Shown here: positions 18,652 to 29,128 of the stretch, piece after piece
Position numbering within the stretch: the stretch's first letter is position 1
How the letters are laid out: every line of letters begins with the position of its first letter
Source: an uncultured bacterium
GTDB taxonomy: Bacteria; Oederibacteriota; PGYV01; CAWJRG01
Reading direction: 5' to 3'
Length of the DNA: 46,420 nt
NCBI GenBank assembly: GCA_963845185.1
Contig: CAWJRG010000008.1
Location: 1 to 46,420, forward strand
Position numbers and translations under genes: made by a program
The notes under the pieces: generated by a model
What the model was told of the DNA's origin: nothing
Seen by the model: the letters and a program-made list of their open reading frames with translations, nothing else
Database searches by the model: none

Positions 18652-18927
18652 TTATTTAAAAGGCCGGAATAGAATTGTGCTTTCTGTTCTTTTATCTATA
18701 ATCCTAACAGTTTTATAACAATTTTGACAGACAAGCCCTAATCGAAAAGCTTCCTGTTCTTGTATTGTGCTGAAATAAAAAGTTTTTATCATACCTCCAT
18801 TTTTTTTAGCTGTTTCTTCATTAATTTCTTCAAAAGGATTGAAACTATGTTGTTCTTCACGTGATAAATAAACTGTGTTATAAAATTTTTTATCCTCTTC
18901 TTCATAAAAACTATTTGGGTCAAACAT
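18652..18927 (-). CDS. hypothetical protein
   Basis: 91 aa ORF with an AGGAGG RBS. Confidence 0.6.
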   Translation of the reverse strand: MFDPNSFYEEEDKKFYNTVYLSREEQHSFNPFEEINEETAKKNGGMIKTFYFSTIQEQEAFRLGLVCQNCYKTVRIIDKRTESTILFRPFK

Positions 18928-19096
18928 AAAGGCCTCCTGATTAATTTTTTAAATATATTAAAGCAGGGAAGGGGAAAAGGCAAGAAAAATAAAATATTGG
19001 GGAATACAAATTAATTTGACAATAAAAATTTTTGTGCGTATAATTTACGTGCTTTTGAATTAATATTTAACAAAAAATTTTTCAAAAATTGGAGGA

Positions 19097-19498
19097 GTGT
19101 TAGATATAATGGTTGAGTATAATCTCAGTGTACTGCTCCTCAATAAAAACTTACTTCAAGCCTTTGAAAAACACTTCCTAAGCAATGACAGCGTAAACGA
19201 GGTCTATATCAACCCTGACGGAGAAAAGAATTTTAATATTGGTTCTTTTTATCCTGATGTTGTTGTGGACATGGATAATGAAGAAGTGCTTGTTTATGCC
19301 GTTGAAACTGAAACCAGCCTTGCTATAGGGAATGTTTTGGAGAAATGGGATAAATACAGCGAGGCTTTTGACGAGTTTCATATTGCCGTTCCTCATTCAC
19401 ATATTGATACAGCCAGGGAAATGATTAAAGCTGCCGGCATTGATAATGGGGAAGTAAAAGGATATGAGATGAAAGGCGAGGGAGTAAGGATCATTTAG
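19097..19498 (+). CDS. small PD-(D/E)XK-fold-like hypothetical protein
   Basis: FYPDVVV..VYAVETETS pattern; GGAGG RBS. Confidence 0.5.
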   Translation: MLDIMVEYNLSVLLLNKNLLQAFEKHFLSNDSVNEVYINPDGEKNFNIGSFYPDVVVDMDNEEVLVYAVETETSLAIGNVLEKWDKYSEAFDEFHIAVPHSHIDTAREMIKAAGIDNGEVKGYEMKGEGVRII

Positions 19499-19722
19499 TA
19501 TTGAAAGAGAATGGGTCTGCATTCCCTGTAATTTATTATCCTCCCACATAATAACGCCCATGCTTGCTCTTTAGCTGATAAATAAATCCCGGCCCTGCTT
19601 AAATTTACGACTTTCTGAATATCCGTGCTCAATAACTCCTGTCCGGACGCTCCGGCAAGGAAAGCCAGCACTTTAAGCGAGCTTGTGAATGTAAATATAT
19701 CCTTACTTTTTTTCACCTTCAT
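19495..19722 (-). pseudogene. probable truncated winged-helix protein
   Basis: LKVLAFL..LLSTDIQKVVNLSRAGIYL HTH start that then loses resemblance; adjacent to the IS1380. Confidence 0.35.
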
Positions 19723-19744
19723 TTTGTCACTATCCTTTGTTTAA

Positions 19745-21497
19745 CCCGCATCCGTTATATCAAATTCATAAAAGAGAATGAAAAAGGGCTAAAAGTATTA
19801 TATAATAAGGTAAATAAAAGTTTTTGAGCTGTAAAAAGGAGGACACCTAATGGGTGAAGCGAAAAAACACTGTTTTAAATTCAGTTTTACTGACAAAGTA
19901 AAAGCATATTTTAAGGGTTCTGAAATTACGTCGGACGGTGGATTAATTGCTATTCGAGAACTTGATGAAAAAATGGGTCTGACTATTTTGGCTGAAAAAC
20001 ACCTGACTGATAAAAGAAACGGAAGAAATATTCAACATGACTTAACCGAACTTTTACGACAATCCATATATAGCCGTTTGGCGGGCTACGAAGATGTAAA
20101 TGATGCCAAGCAACTAAGGAACGACCCTTCTTTAAGGGCAGTACTTGGTGACCGGGCATTACAGAGAAATGGCAGCAGTGAGGCCACTGTTGGAAAATTC
20201 GAAACAGAAATACTCACCGAAGGAAATAACCTGGAAAAACTCGATGAGATGTTAATGAATTGGATAGGCAAAGCGGATAAGATTAGGGGCGTTAAAAAAA
20301 TAGTGCTTGATTTGGATTCGTCCGAAAGCCCGGTATATGGTGAACAGGAAGGAAGCGCTTATAACGGTTATTTCGGATCAAAATGTTATCACCCCCTTTT
20401 CTGTTTCAATCAATTTGGAGATTGTCTTAAGGCAAAATTAAGACCGGGTAATGTCCATAGCGCCGATGCGTGGTTGGAGTTTATCGAACCCGTTTTAAGA
20501 AATTATATCAGCAAAGGGTTTAAAGTCACCTTCCGTGCAGACGCGGCTTTTGGGATACCGGAATTATATGAACTCTGCGAAGAACTTGGCGTAGAATACG
20601 TCATTAGGCTAAGAGAGAATAATTGCCTTGCAGAAGAGAATATCCGGCTTACTGAAAAAGCCCGTCAAAAAAACCGACAAAAAGTTCATCACGCTGTATA
20701 AAGATTTTATGTATCGAGCCAAGTCGTGGAATAAAAAAAGAAGAGTGATTGCAAAAATAGAATATCACCATGGCGAATTGTTTCCGCGGGTGGGATTTAT
20801 TATAACAAGTTTAAACTGGCTCGATAAAAAAGCAGTAAAATTTTATAACAAACGTGGTACTTGCGAACAATGGATCAAGGAGGGAAAACACACGCTGAAT
20901 TGGACGAAGCTATCCTGCAAGAGATTTAAGGAGAATGAAGCGAGATTGAAATTATTTATTTTGGCATATAATTCAGGAAATTTCTTACGGACCTGGTTTT
21001 ACCAAAGAAGATAAAACACTGGTCGTTAAAAACGATACAGTTAAAGTTGATAAAAATAGGTGGCAGATTAATAAAACATGCCAGGTATTACTGGTTGTTA
21101 TTGGCCGAGGTTTCTATTACAGCAAAGATATTTTCCGGTTTAATGCATAATATTCGGAAATTACGCCCGGCAAGCGGCTGATAGAATTGGCTTGGTAACA
21201 TGTAACATATTTATAGAGGAGCAAACAAAAATGATTGGACAGGCTTGTCTAAAAATATGGAATTGGGAAAGATTAGACCGAAAAATCGGGTAATCGGTAT
21301 AGTTTGGAGGAAAATATTTCATTGAACCAACAGAATAAAAACATTTCTCTTGATTTTGACATCATTTGGAGTAAAATTAATGATGAAAATAGGCTGGTTG
21401 ATTTTGATATGACGGATACCAGTTTAATATATTTAACGTATGTTTATTGTATTAAACGAGTGTTTATTTGTAAATATATATTTATATTGGAATCGGG
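19745..21497 (+). mobile_element. decayed IS1380-family element
   Basis: Contains a frameshifted IS1380 transposase; imperfect IRs CCCGCATCCGTTATA / TATATTGGAATCGGG, so ends are approximate. Confidence 0.65.
19850..21181 (+). pseudogene. IS1380-family transposase with two frameshifts
   Basis: TSDGGL, GYEDVNDA, LDLDSS, YHPLF, RADAAF and YNKRGTCEQWIKEGK motifs spread over three frames (shifts near 20630 and 20995; tail ..KLIKIGGRLIKHARYY..). Confidence 0.88.
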
Positions 21498-21676
21498 GTA
21501 CTGCAAATTTACACAAACGCTGTAAAAAATATATTTAAGGCAAATTTATTACTTTTGAAAGGCTTCCGGGCTGGTTGGTATAAGTGAATTTTACAACTTA
21601 TTGAATTCCAGCGGGCATTATGATACTATTAGCTATACAATTGAATGCAGTTAAGGTGAAATAGGGAGACAAAACA

Positions 21677-23890
21677 ATGGAATTTTACGCGCATACGCAG
21701 GGGAAAGACAAAAGGGACTGGCAAAAACTCAAAGACCATCTGGCCACAGTCGCGGATATGGCAAGCGCATTTGCAAAACAGTTCGGAGCCGGGGAGCTCG
21801 GATATCTGGCAGGGATACTTCATGATGTGGGGAAGTATTCAATGGAGTTCCAGGCAAAGCTTGATGGGAAAAACCAGAGGGTTGACCACAGCACGGCAGG
21901 GGCGAAAGAAGCGGCTGAAAGATACGGACAGATTGCGGGAAGAATACTTGCTTATACAATAGCCGGGCATCATGCAGGACTGGCGGATTATATAGGAAGC
22001 GGGGATGACTCGTGCCTTGAAGCGCGGTTGAAAAATAACAATATTCCGGATTATAGTTTTTATAAGAATGAATTGACTGAACTTCCAAAAGACAACCCAT
22101 CATTTCCGAAATTAAAAGTTTCCGAGAAAACAGAAATGGAATTTTCCTGTTTTATGCTTATACGCATGCTTTATTCCTGCCTTGTTGATGCGGACTGGCT
22201 GGACACTGAACGGTTTTGTGATGTGGAAAAATCACAAAAAAGAGAAAACGGACTGCCAATAAAAGAACTTGAAGAGAAACTGAATGAATATCTTAAAAAG
22301 GAATATCCTCCCGAAGCGGAACAAACAGACTTAAACAAACAAAGAACAAAAATAATGCAGGCGTGCCTTGATAAAGCAGAATCCAAACCCGGATTCTTTA
22401 CGCTTACTGTGCCGACTGGTGGGGGAAAAACATACTCATCACTCGCATTCGCATTAAAACACGCAAGGCTAAACAACCTTGAAAGAATCATATATGTAAT
22501 ACCTTATACCAGCATAATAGAGCAAAACGCCGAGGTGTTCAGGAAAGCACTTGGAGTTGAAAGCGTGCTTGAACATCACAGTAATTATGAATATAAGGAA
22601 AAAGACGAGGATGAAGACGACCTTGATTATAAAATGAGGCTTGCGACGGAAAACTGGGACATGCCCGTGGTAGCCACGACAAGCGTGCAATTTTTTGAGT
22701 CATTATTCTCAAACCGCAGTTCAAGATGCCGCAAACTTCACAATATGGCGAACAGCGTCATAATACTCGACGAGGCGCAGATGCTGCCTGCGCAGTACAT
22801 GAAACCCTGCATATACGCGCTGGCGGAACTGATAAAGAACTATAATTGCACGGTTGTTTTCTGCACAGCCACACAACCAGCGCTTTTTGACTACCCGCCA
22901 GAAGGTTTTAAACTGCCGGGTGGCATGAAACCTATGGAGATAATAGAAAAACCAAAAGAACTTTATGAAAAGTTGAAAGCGGTAAATGTAGAGTGGAAAG
23001 ATGAAATTGGAAATGACGATTTGATAGAAAAGCTGTCTGAAAATAAGCAGATTCTTTGCGTAGTAAATACAAGACGGCTTGCGCGGGAGTTATATGAAGG
23101 GTTAAAAAATAAAAGAATTGAAGGAATCTACCATTTAAGCGCAGGGATGTGCCCTGCTCACAGGTCGATTAGGATAGTGGAAATAAAGGATAAGTTGAAA
23201 AACGGTGAAAAGTGCATAGTGGTTTCCACACAGCTTATAGAGGCGGGGGTTGATATTGATTTTCCACTAGTTTACCGAGAAATTGCGGGGATTGACTCCA
23301 TAGCACAGGCAGCAGGCAGGTGCAATAGGGAGAGAAAGATAAAAGAAGGCGGCAAGGTTTTTGTATTCAAACCCGCGGGCCGCAAAGCACCTCCGGGATT
23401 TTTGGCAAGGACTTCGGGAGTGGCAAAGGAAGTTATTAACCTAAATGAAAATAAAGATTTATTAAGCCTTAAAAACATAAAGGAATACTTTGAAATACTC
23501 TATTCAAGGGAAGGTGAAGGATTGGACGGAAAAAATATTCTACAAAATATAAAAAACAGCAGCGGAAGATTGGAGTATCCTTTCAAGACGGTGTCAGATA
23601 ATTTTAATTTAATTGACAACACAACATATTCGCTGATTGTCAGGTATGACGAAAAATGCGAAGGGATTTTGGAAAGCGCAAAGTTTTCAGAACACCCAGG
23701 CTCCTTTGCCCGCAAGCTTCAACGATACACAATTCAGGTGTATAAACAGGATTATGATAAACTGTTAAAAGGAGGAAAGATAAAAAATTTTAAGGATGTG
23801 TTTTTTGTGCTTGAAAAAGATGCGTATTTACCAGAAATGGGGGTAATTATTGAAACTACCGGCAACGTCCCAGAGAATTATATTACATAG
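21677..23890 (+). CDS. cas3: Cas3 HD nuclease-helicase
   Basis: YAH, HDVGK, DHSTAG, AGHHAGL, LVDAD, PTGGGKT, DEAQ and QAAGRCNR motifs. Confidence 0.96.
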   Translation: MEFYAHTQGKDKRDWQKLKDHLATVADMASAFAKQFGAGELGYLAGILHDVGKYSMEFQAKLDGKNQRVDHSTAGAKEAAERYGQIAGRILAYTIAGHHAGLADYIGSGDDSCLEARLKNNNIPDYSFYKNELTELPKDNPSFPKLKVSEKTEMEFSCFMLIRMLYSCLVDADWLDTERFCDVEKSQKRENGLPIKELEEKLNEYLKKEYPPEAEQTDLNKQRTKIMQACLDKAESKPGFFTLTVPTGGGKTYSSLAFALKHARLNNLERIIYVIPYTSIIEQNAEVFRKALGVESVLEHHSNYEYKEKDEDEDDLDYKMRLATENWDMPVVATTSVQFFESLFSNRSSRCRKLHNMANSVIILDEAQMLPAQYMKPCIYALAELIKNYNCTVVFCTATQPALFDYPPEGFKLPGGMKPMEIIEKPKELYEKLKAVNVEWKDEIGNDDLIEKLSENKQILCVVNTRRLARELYEGLKNKRIEGIYHLSAGMCPAHRSIRIVEIKDKLKNGEKCIVVSTQLIEAGVDIDFPLVYREIAGIDSIAQAAGRCNRERKIKEGGKVFVFKPAGRKAPPGFLARTSGVAKEVINLNENKDLLSLKNIKEYFEILYSREGEGLDGKNILQNIKNSSGRLEYPFKTVSDNFNLIDNTTYSLIVRYDEKCEGILESAKFSEHPGSFARKLQRYTIQVYKQDYDKLLKGGKIKNFKDVFFVLEKDAYLPEMGVIIETTGNVPENYIT

Positions 23891-23905
23891 GAGGAGGGCA
23901 TTTTT

Positions 23906-24925
23906 ATGGGTGTTCTATATGGTTCGGAATTGATTAGCTTGTTAAGGAAAAGTGCCGATGCTATTTGTAGAAGATTATGGGTTGCTGTACCTTTTATGGG
24001 AGGCCCGAATACGGTTAAGAGGATTTTAGGAGACAAATGGACGAAGGGCAATATTGACGTAAAGATATTAACCGGGGCTTGCAAGTTTATAAAGCCCGCA
24101 TTTGAAACTTTAAAGTTATTTGAGCATTATGGAAAAATTAAGGTAATACCAGGACTTCACGCTAAAATATACATAATGGACGACGTCGTACTACTGACGT
24201 CTGCAAACCTTACTGATACTGCTTTCAGAAAAAGGCATGAGTTTGGGATTTTTTTGAACGGGTTGGAAACCGTTCAGGCAGTTTCCCTGTACGAAAAGTG
24301 GTGGGATAAAGCGTCGATTTTAATACCTCAAATGATAAAACCTGATAAAAAAAGTAAAGCTATAGAAACTGAAGACAGTTTCGGTTTTAATCTTCCAGTC
24401 TTGTGGACTCTGCCTCAAAGTCCGGACATGGTGAAACTGAATATATTAAGTGGTAAATACAAATATTGGTTTAAACCGCTTGGCTCGTCAGAAAACAACT
24501 ACCCAAGAACAGCACAGGCGCCTACAGATTTTGTAACCTGTACGAGTAAAAAACCTGCTGGCCCCAGCGGAATCAAAGCAAATAACTTGATGTTTTGCTT
24601 CAGTGTCGAAAATGAAAAACGCATTGTTGGCGCATACGTTGTGAAAAGTGCACCGAGATTAATGTCACAAGCTGAAATGGATAGCAAAAATCTGGATAAA
24701 AGGTGGCCGTGGTCTATAGAAGTAGAAAATTTAAATGAAAAATTCAGTATAGATTGGTGGAATAAGGAAGTTACATTAAATAAATTAGTCAAAGAGTTTA
24801 AGAATATTAACGATGATCCTATTACGGAAAACGGTCGTTACGATTTAAAGGCAGCGAATCAGCAGGCACCTTATTTTAAAGTGAGGGAAGACTTTGCTAA
24901 ATTTGTACTTGATAAAATTAAGTAA
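23906..24925 (+). CDS. PLD (single HKD) nuclease fused to a possible EVE/PUA-like domain
   Basis: LHAKIYIMDD + TSANLT + HEFG; the C-terminal YWFKP..IKANNLMFCFS..IVGAYVV..RWPWSIEV pattern suggests EVE/PUA. Confidence 0.7.
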   Translation: MGVLYGSELISLLRKSADAICRRLWVAVPFMGGPNTVKRILGDKWTKGNIDVKILTGACKFIKPAFETLKLFEHYGKIKVIPGLHAKIYIMDDVVLLTSANLTDTAFRKRHEFGIFLNGLETVQAVSLYEKWWDKASILIPQMIKPDKKSKAIETEDSFGFNLPVLWTLPQSPDMVKLNILSGKYKYWFKPLGSSENNYPRTAQAPTDFVTCTSKKPAGPSGIKANNLMFCFSVENEKRIVGAYVVKSAPRLMSQAEMDSKNLDKRWPWSIEVENLNEKFSIDWWNKEVTLNKLVKEFKNINDDPITENGRYDLKAANQQAPYFKVREDFAKFVLDKIK

Positions 24926-24937
24926 AGGAGGTTTTCT

Positions 24938-25627
24938 ATGGGCTACGGAATAAAACTTAAAGTATGGGGTGAGTATGCTTGTTTTACAAGACCGGAGATG
25001 AAAGCGGAAAGGGTAAGCTATGACGTCATGACGCCGTCGGCGGCAAGAGGCGTATTGGAGGCTATACACTGGAAGCCGGCCATACGCTGGGTTATAGACA
25101 AGATACATGTGCTCAACAAGATTGATTTTGACAATATACGGCGGAACGAGGTAAGCGGGAAAATACCGGAAGGGAACGTTAGGCGGGCAATGCGAGGGGA
25201 AGAAGTGGAGCTTTACCAGGCCATAACTGATGAGCGTCAGCAGAGGGCGGCTATGGTTTTGAAGAACGTAGCTTATGTTATAGAGGCGCATTTTGAGATG
25301 ACGGATAAGGCAGGGGAGACGGATAATCCTGAAAAACACTATAATATATTTCTCCGCCGCGCGCGGGAAGGGCAATGCTTTCACCGGCCTTATCTCGGGT
25401 GCAGGGAGTTTCCGGCTGATTTCGAACTGATAGAAGACGGAGAAAAGATACCGGAATCAGAATTGAAAGGTACGACTGACCTGGGCTGGATGCTTTATGA
25501 CATGGAGTTTAAAGACGAACAGGCAACCGGAATATACGGAGAAATAAACCCTAAATTTTTTCGTGTAGAAATGAAGGATGGGATAATAGACGTGGCAAAG
25601 CAGGCAAAAGAGGGGGTGAAAAAATGA
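24938..25627 (+). CDS. cas5: type I-C Cas5
   Basis: VWGEYACFTRPEMKAERVSYDVMTPSAARG and PYLGCREF motifs. Confidence 0.96.
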   Translation: MGYGIKLKVWGEYACFTRPEMKAERVSYDVMTPSAARGVLEAIHWKPAIRWVIDKIHVLNKIDFDNIRRNEVSGKIPEGNVRRAMRGEEVELYQAITDERQQRAAMVLKNVAYVIEAHFEMTDKAGETDNPEKHYNIFLRRAREGQCFHRPYLGCREFPADFELIEDGEKIPESELKGTTDLGWMLYDMEFKDEQATGIYGEINPKFFRVEMKDGIIDVAKQAKEGVKK

Positions 25628-27420
25628 TACTCAGGGCTCTTTATGATTATTATCAGACACTGGCAGAGGATACTGATAGCGGTATATCTAAAACAGGATA
25701 TAGCAAGGAAAAAGTCAGCTTCGCTTTGGCAATAAATAAAAAAGGGGATTTAAAAGATATTATCGAGCTTAAAGAAGGAAAGAAACCGCTATTAATGGAT
25801 GTGCCGCAGCATGCAAAACGCACTTCCGGAGTTTCTCCGTATTTTCTTTGCGATAACCCGAAGTATATGCTCGGCGGGAAAAAAGAGAACTTTAAACAAT
25901 GCGCTGAACTGCATAAAAAGATACTCGCGGATATGGATGATGAATCAGCGCAGGCTGTCTTAAAGTTTTTTGGCAAATGGGAGCCAAAGGATTATAAAAG
26001 CAATGAGCTGATAAGAGAGCATAAAGAGGAAATAGTCAAGGGAGGGAATGTGGTTTTTAGCGTTGAGGGTATAAAAGGATATGTTCACGAAAAGCCAAAA
26101 ATCAGGAAAGCATGGGAAAAATATACAGGCTCGGAAGCGAAAGAAAACGGAGGGATAAAAGGGCAGTGCCTCGTGACCGGAGAAGAAACAGAACTTCTTG
26201 AGGTGCATAACAGTATAAAGGGAGTCTGGAACGCGCAGTCATCAGGGGCGGCAATAGTATCTTTTAATAAAGAATCGTTTGAATCATACGGGAAAAAGCA
26301 AAGCATCAATGCGCCGGTCGGCAAAGACGCGGCTTTTGCTTATGTAACAACGCTGAACTACATGCTTAACCCGTCGTCTTTGCAGAATATGCAGATTGGG
26401 GACGCAACTACGGTTTTTTGGGCTGAGAGATACGGGACAGGGCAGGAAGAACTTTTTTACGCGCTTTTTAATCCATATGATATAGAGGAAAAGAAAGAAA
26501 ACGAGGAAGAAAAAGGGACAAAGAAAAGAGCAGAAAAAGAAAAGGAACAAAAAAAGACAAGGTTGAACGATCCTGCAACTGTAAAGCGTATGAGGGATTT
26601 TCTTGGCCGCGTTGCGCAGGGTAAAGGGCTAAAAGATTTTAAGGGATATGATAAGGATGTGAGGTTTTATGTTTTGGGGCTTTCGCCCAATGCCGCAAGA
26701 ATTTCAGTCAGGTTTTTCTATGCGGACACTTTCGGCAAGATGGTTGAAAAAATTAAGCAGCATTATGACGATATGCTGATAGAAAAACAATATAAAAACG
26801 AGAGTGACGCGATAGCGATATGGCAGTTATTGAGGGAAACAGCGGCGCAGGGCAAATCGGAAAATATCCAGCCCGCGTTCTCGGGCGGATTAACAAAAGC
26901 TATATTAACAGGCGGCTTATATCCGGCCGCTGTTTATCAGGCTGTTATTTCAAGGATGGGCGTTGACAAAAACATTAACAGAAACAGGGCGGCTTTTATA
27001 AAAGCGTACATAGAAAGAAAAAACAGAATAAATGGAAAGAAAGGAGGTGTGACAATGGGGTTGAATGTTGAAGAAAAAAACACAGGGTATTGCCTCGGCA
27101 GGCTCTTTGCCTTGCTTGAAAAGGCGCAGTTAGATGCTTCGCCCGGAATCAATGCCACCATCAAGGACCGGTATTTCGGGACAGCTTCGGCGTCGCCAAA
27201 AGCGATTTTTCCAATCCTTTTAAAGTTAAGCCAGCATCATATCGCAGGAGCGAAGTACGGCAAGTTTACAGACAAACAGATAGAAGAAATAATGGGAGAA
27301 ATAAATACGTTTCCAGCGCATTTGAGTCTTGATGAGCAGGGGATGTTCATGCTTGGGTATTATCACCAAAGAAATGCTCTATACAAAAAGAGAGAAGAAA
27401 ATAAAAAGGAGGAGGTTTAA
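25624..27420 (+). CDS. cas8c: type I-C Cas8c (Csd1)
   Basis: MILRALYDYY, CLVTG, LGLSPNAARISVRF, GRLFALLEKAQ and GYYHQ motifs; an internal AGGAGG-ATG (MGLNVEE) fits the usual Cas11c internal start. Confidence 0.95.
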   Translation: MILRALYDYYQTLAEDTDSGISKTGYSKEKVSFALAINKKGDLKDIIELKEGKKPLLMDVPQHAKRTSGVSPYFLCDNPKYMLGGKKENFKQCAELHKKILADMDDESAQAVLKFFGKWEPKDYKSNELIREHKEEIVKGGNVVFSVEGIKGYVHEKPKIRKAWEKYTGSEAKENGGIKGQCLVTGEETELLEVHNSIKGVWNAQSSGAAIVSFNKESFESYGKKQSINAPVGKDAAFAYVTTLNYMLNPSSLQNMQIGDATTVFWAERYGTGQEELFYALFNPYDIEEKKENEEEKGTKKRAEKEKEQKKTRLNDPATVKRMRDFLGRVAQGKGLKDFKGYDKDVRFYVLGLSPNAARISVRFFYADTFGKMVEKIKQHYDDMLIEKQYKNESDAIAIWQLLRETAAQGKSENIQPAFSGGLTKAILTGGLYPAAVYQAVISRMGVDKNINRNRAAFIKAYIERKNRINGKKGGVTMGLNVEEKNTGYCLGRLFALLEKAQLDASPGINATIKDRYFGTASASPKAIFPILLKLSQHHIAGAKYGKFTDKQIEEIMGEINTFPAHLSLDEQGMFMLGYYHQRNALYKKREENKKEEV

Positions 27421-27421
27421 A

Positions 27422-28288
27422 ATGTCTGAATCAATCAAAAACCGCTATGAGTTTGTCGTGCTTTATGACGTGGAAAACGGGAACCCTAACGGCGACCCGG
27501 ATGCCGGAAATATGCCGAGGATAGATTATGAGACAGGATATGGCATTGTCACGGATGTTTGCATTAAAAGAAAGGTAAGGAACTATGTGGAGATAACAAA
27601 GGAAGGCAAAAAGGGTTTTGATATTTATGTAAAAGACGGCTCAATCCTGAACAACACCAACAAAAAAGCTTACGAAGCGCTGAAACTCGAGCCGGAAGAA
27701 AAGAAGCTGCCCAAAGACGAAGACGACGCGAAAAAGGTAACGGATTTTATGTGCAAGAATTTCTACGACATCAGGGCTTTTGGCGCGGTAATGACCACAA
27801 AAGTAAACTGCGGTCAGGTAAGAGGGCCGGTCCAGTTCAGCTTTTCCAAAAGTATTGACCCGATAGTCCAGCAGGAAGTTTCCATCACAAGAATAGCAGT
27901 TACAGATGAAGGTGATAAGGCAGCGGAGACAGGGCATACTATGGGTAAAAAGTTCATTGTTCCTTACGGCCTATACAGGATGGAAGGATATATATCGCCT
28001 TTCTTCGGGAAACAAACAGGCTTCAACGAGGAAGACAAAGACCTGCTTTTTGAGGCGCTGAAAAATATGTTTGAGCATGACCGCTCCGCGGCGCGCGGCA
28101 AAATGGCAGTGCGTAAGCTATGGGTGTTCAAACATGACTCCGAACTTGGTAACGCCCAGGCGAATAAGTTGTTTGAGACGATAACCATAAAACGCAAAGA
28201 TGAAAGCAAGCCTGCGCGGGCGTTTGAGGATTACGAAATAAAGACAACGGCTGCGCCGGGCGGGGTTAATGTGGAGGAATTGATTTAA
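27422..28288 (+). CDS. cas7: type I-C Cas7 (Csd2)
   Basis: NPNGDPDAGNMPR, DIRAFGAV, GQVRGPVQ and FEHDRSAARG motifs; start at 27422 after GGAGG. Confidence 0.96.
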   Translation: MSESIKNRYEFVVLYDVENGNPNGDPDAGNMPRIDYETGYGIVTDVCIKRKVRNYVEITKEGKKGFDIYVKDGSILNNTNKKAYEALKLEPEEKKLPKDEDDAKKVTDFMCKNFYDIRAFGAVMTTKVNCGQVRGPVQFSFSKSIDPIVQQEVSITRIAVTDEGDKAAETGHTMGKKFIVPYGLYRMEGYISPFFGKQTGFNEEDKDLLFEALKNMFEHDRSAARGKMAVRKLWVFKHDSELGNAQANKLFETITIKRKDESKPARAFEDYEIKTTAAPGGVNVEELI

Positions 28289-28312
28289 ACAAAGAGGAAA
28301 AGAGGCGGGAAT

Positions 28313-29128
28313 ATGAAAAAGGAAAGGCAAATTGTCGTAAGCGGTACGGCGGTGACAATACTGCAGGTCAATGGGCAGGATTACATATCGTTGACGGATA
28401 TGATAAAAGCAAAAGACGGGGATTTTTTCATATCCGACTGGCTGAGGAACAGGAACACTGTCGAGTTCCTGGGCATCTGGGAGAGCGTCAACAACCCCGG
28501 TTTTAATTATGGCGAATTCGCCGTAATTAGGAGCCAGGCCGGATTGAACCGTTATAAAATCAGCGCGAAAGAGTGGATTGAGAAAACCGGCGCGATAGGC
28601 CTTAAAGCCTCGGCAGGAAGGTATGGCGGGACTTACGCGCACAAGGATATAGCTTTTGAATTCGGCATGTGGATAAGCCCGGAATTTAAAATTTACCTGA
28701 TCAGGGAATTCCAGCGCTTAAAAGACGAGGAAAATAAACGCCTGAAGCTCGGATGGAGCCTGCAGCGGGAACTCGCGAAGATAAATTATAAGATACATAC
28801 CGACGCCATAAAGGAAAGGTTGATGCCTGCGGTTGTTGGAAAAAGGCATTGCTCGCTCATATACGCGGATGAGGCGGATTTGCTGAATGTGGCGCTTTTT
28901 GGAATGACGGCAGGGGAATGGCGCGGAAAAAATCCCGGGAAAGAAGGCAATATCAGGGATTTCGCCGCGCTGGAGCAGCTTGTTGTTTTGAGCAACCTTG
29001 AAAGCATAAATTCCATGCTGATAAGGCAGGGTTTGCCGCAGAATGAAAGGCTAATGAAACTGAACGAAATGGCGATAATGCAGATGAAATCTTTGCTTAA
29101 AAACGACAATATAAAGAAGCTGAAGTGA
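28313..29128 (+). CDS. KilA-N domain protein
   Basis: DYISLTD, WLRNRNTVEFLGIWE and GRYGGTYAHKDIAFEF motifs. Confidence 0.88.
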   Translation: MKKERQIVVSGTAVTILQVNGQDYISLTDMIKAKDGDFFISDWLRNRNTVEFLGIWESVNNPGFNYGEFAVIRSQAGLNRYKISAKEWIEKTGAIGLKASAGRYGGTYAHKDIAFEFGMWISPEFKIYLIREFQRLKDEENKRLKLGWSLQRELAKINYKIHTDAIKERLMPAVVGKRHCSLIYADEADLLNVALFGMTAGEWRGKNPGKEGNIRDFAALEQLVVLSNLESINSMLIRQGLPQNERLMKLNEMAIMQMKSLLKNDNIKKLK

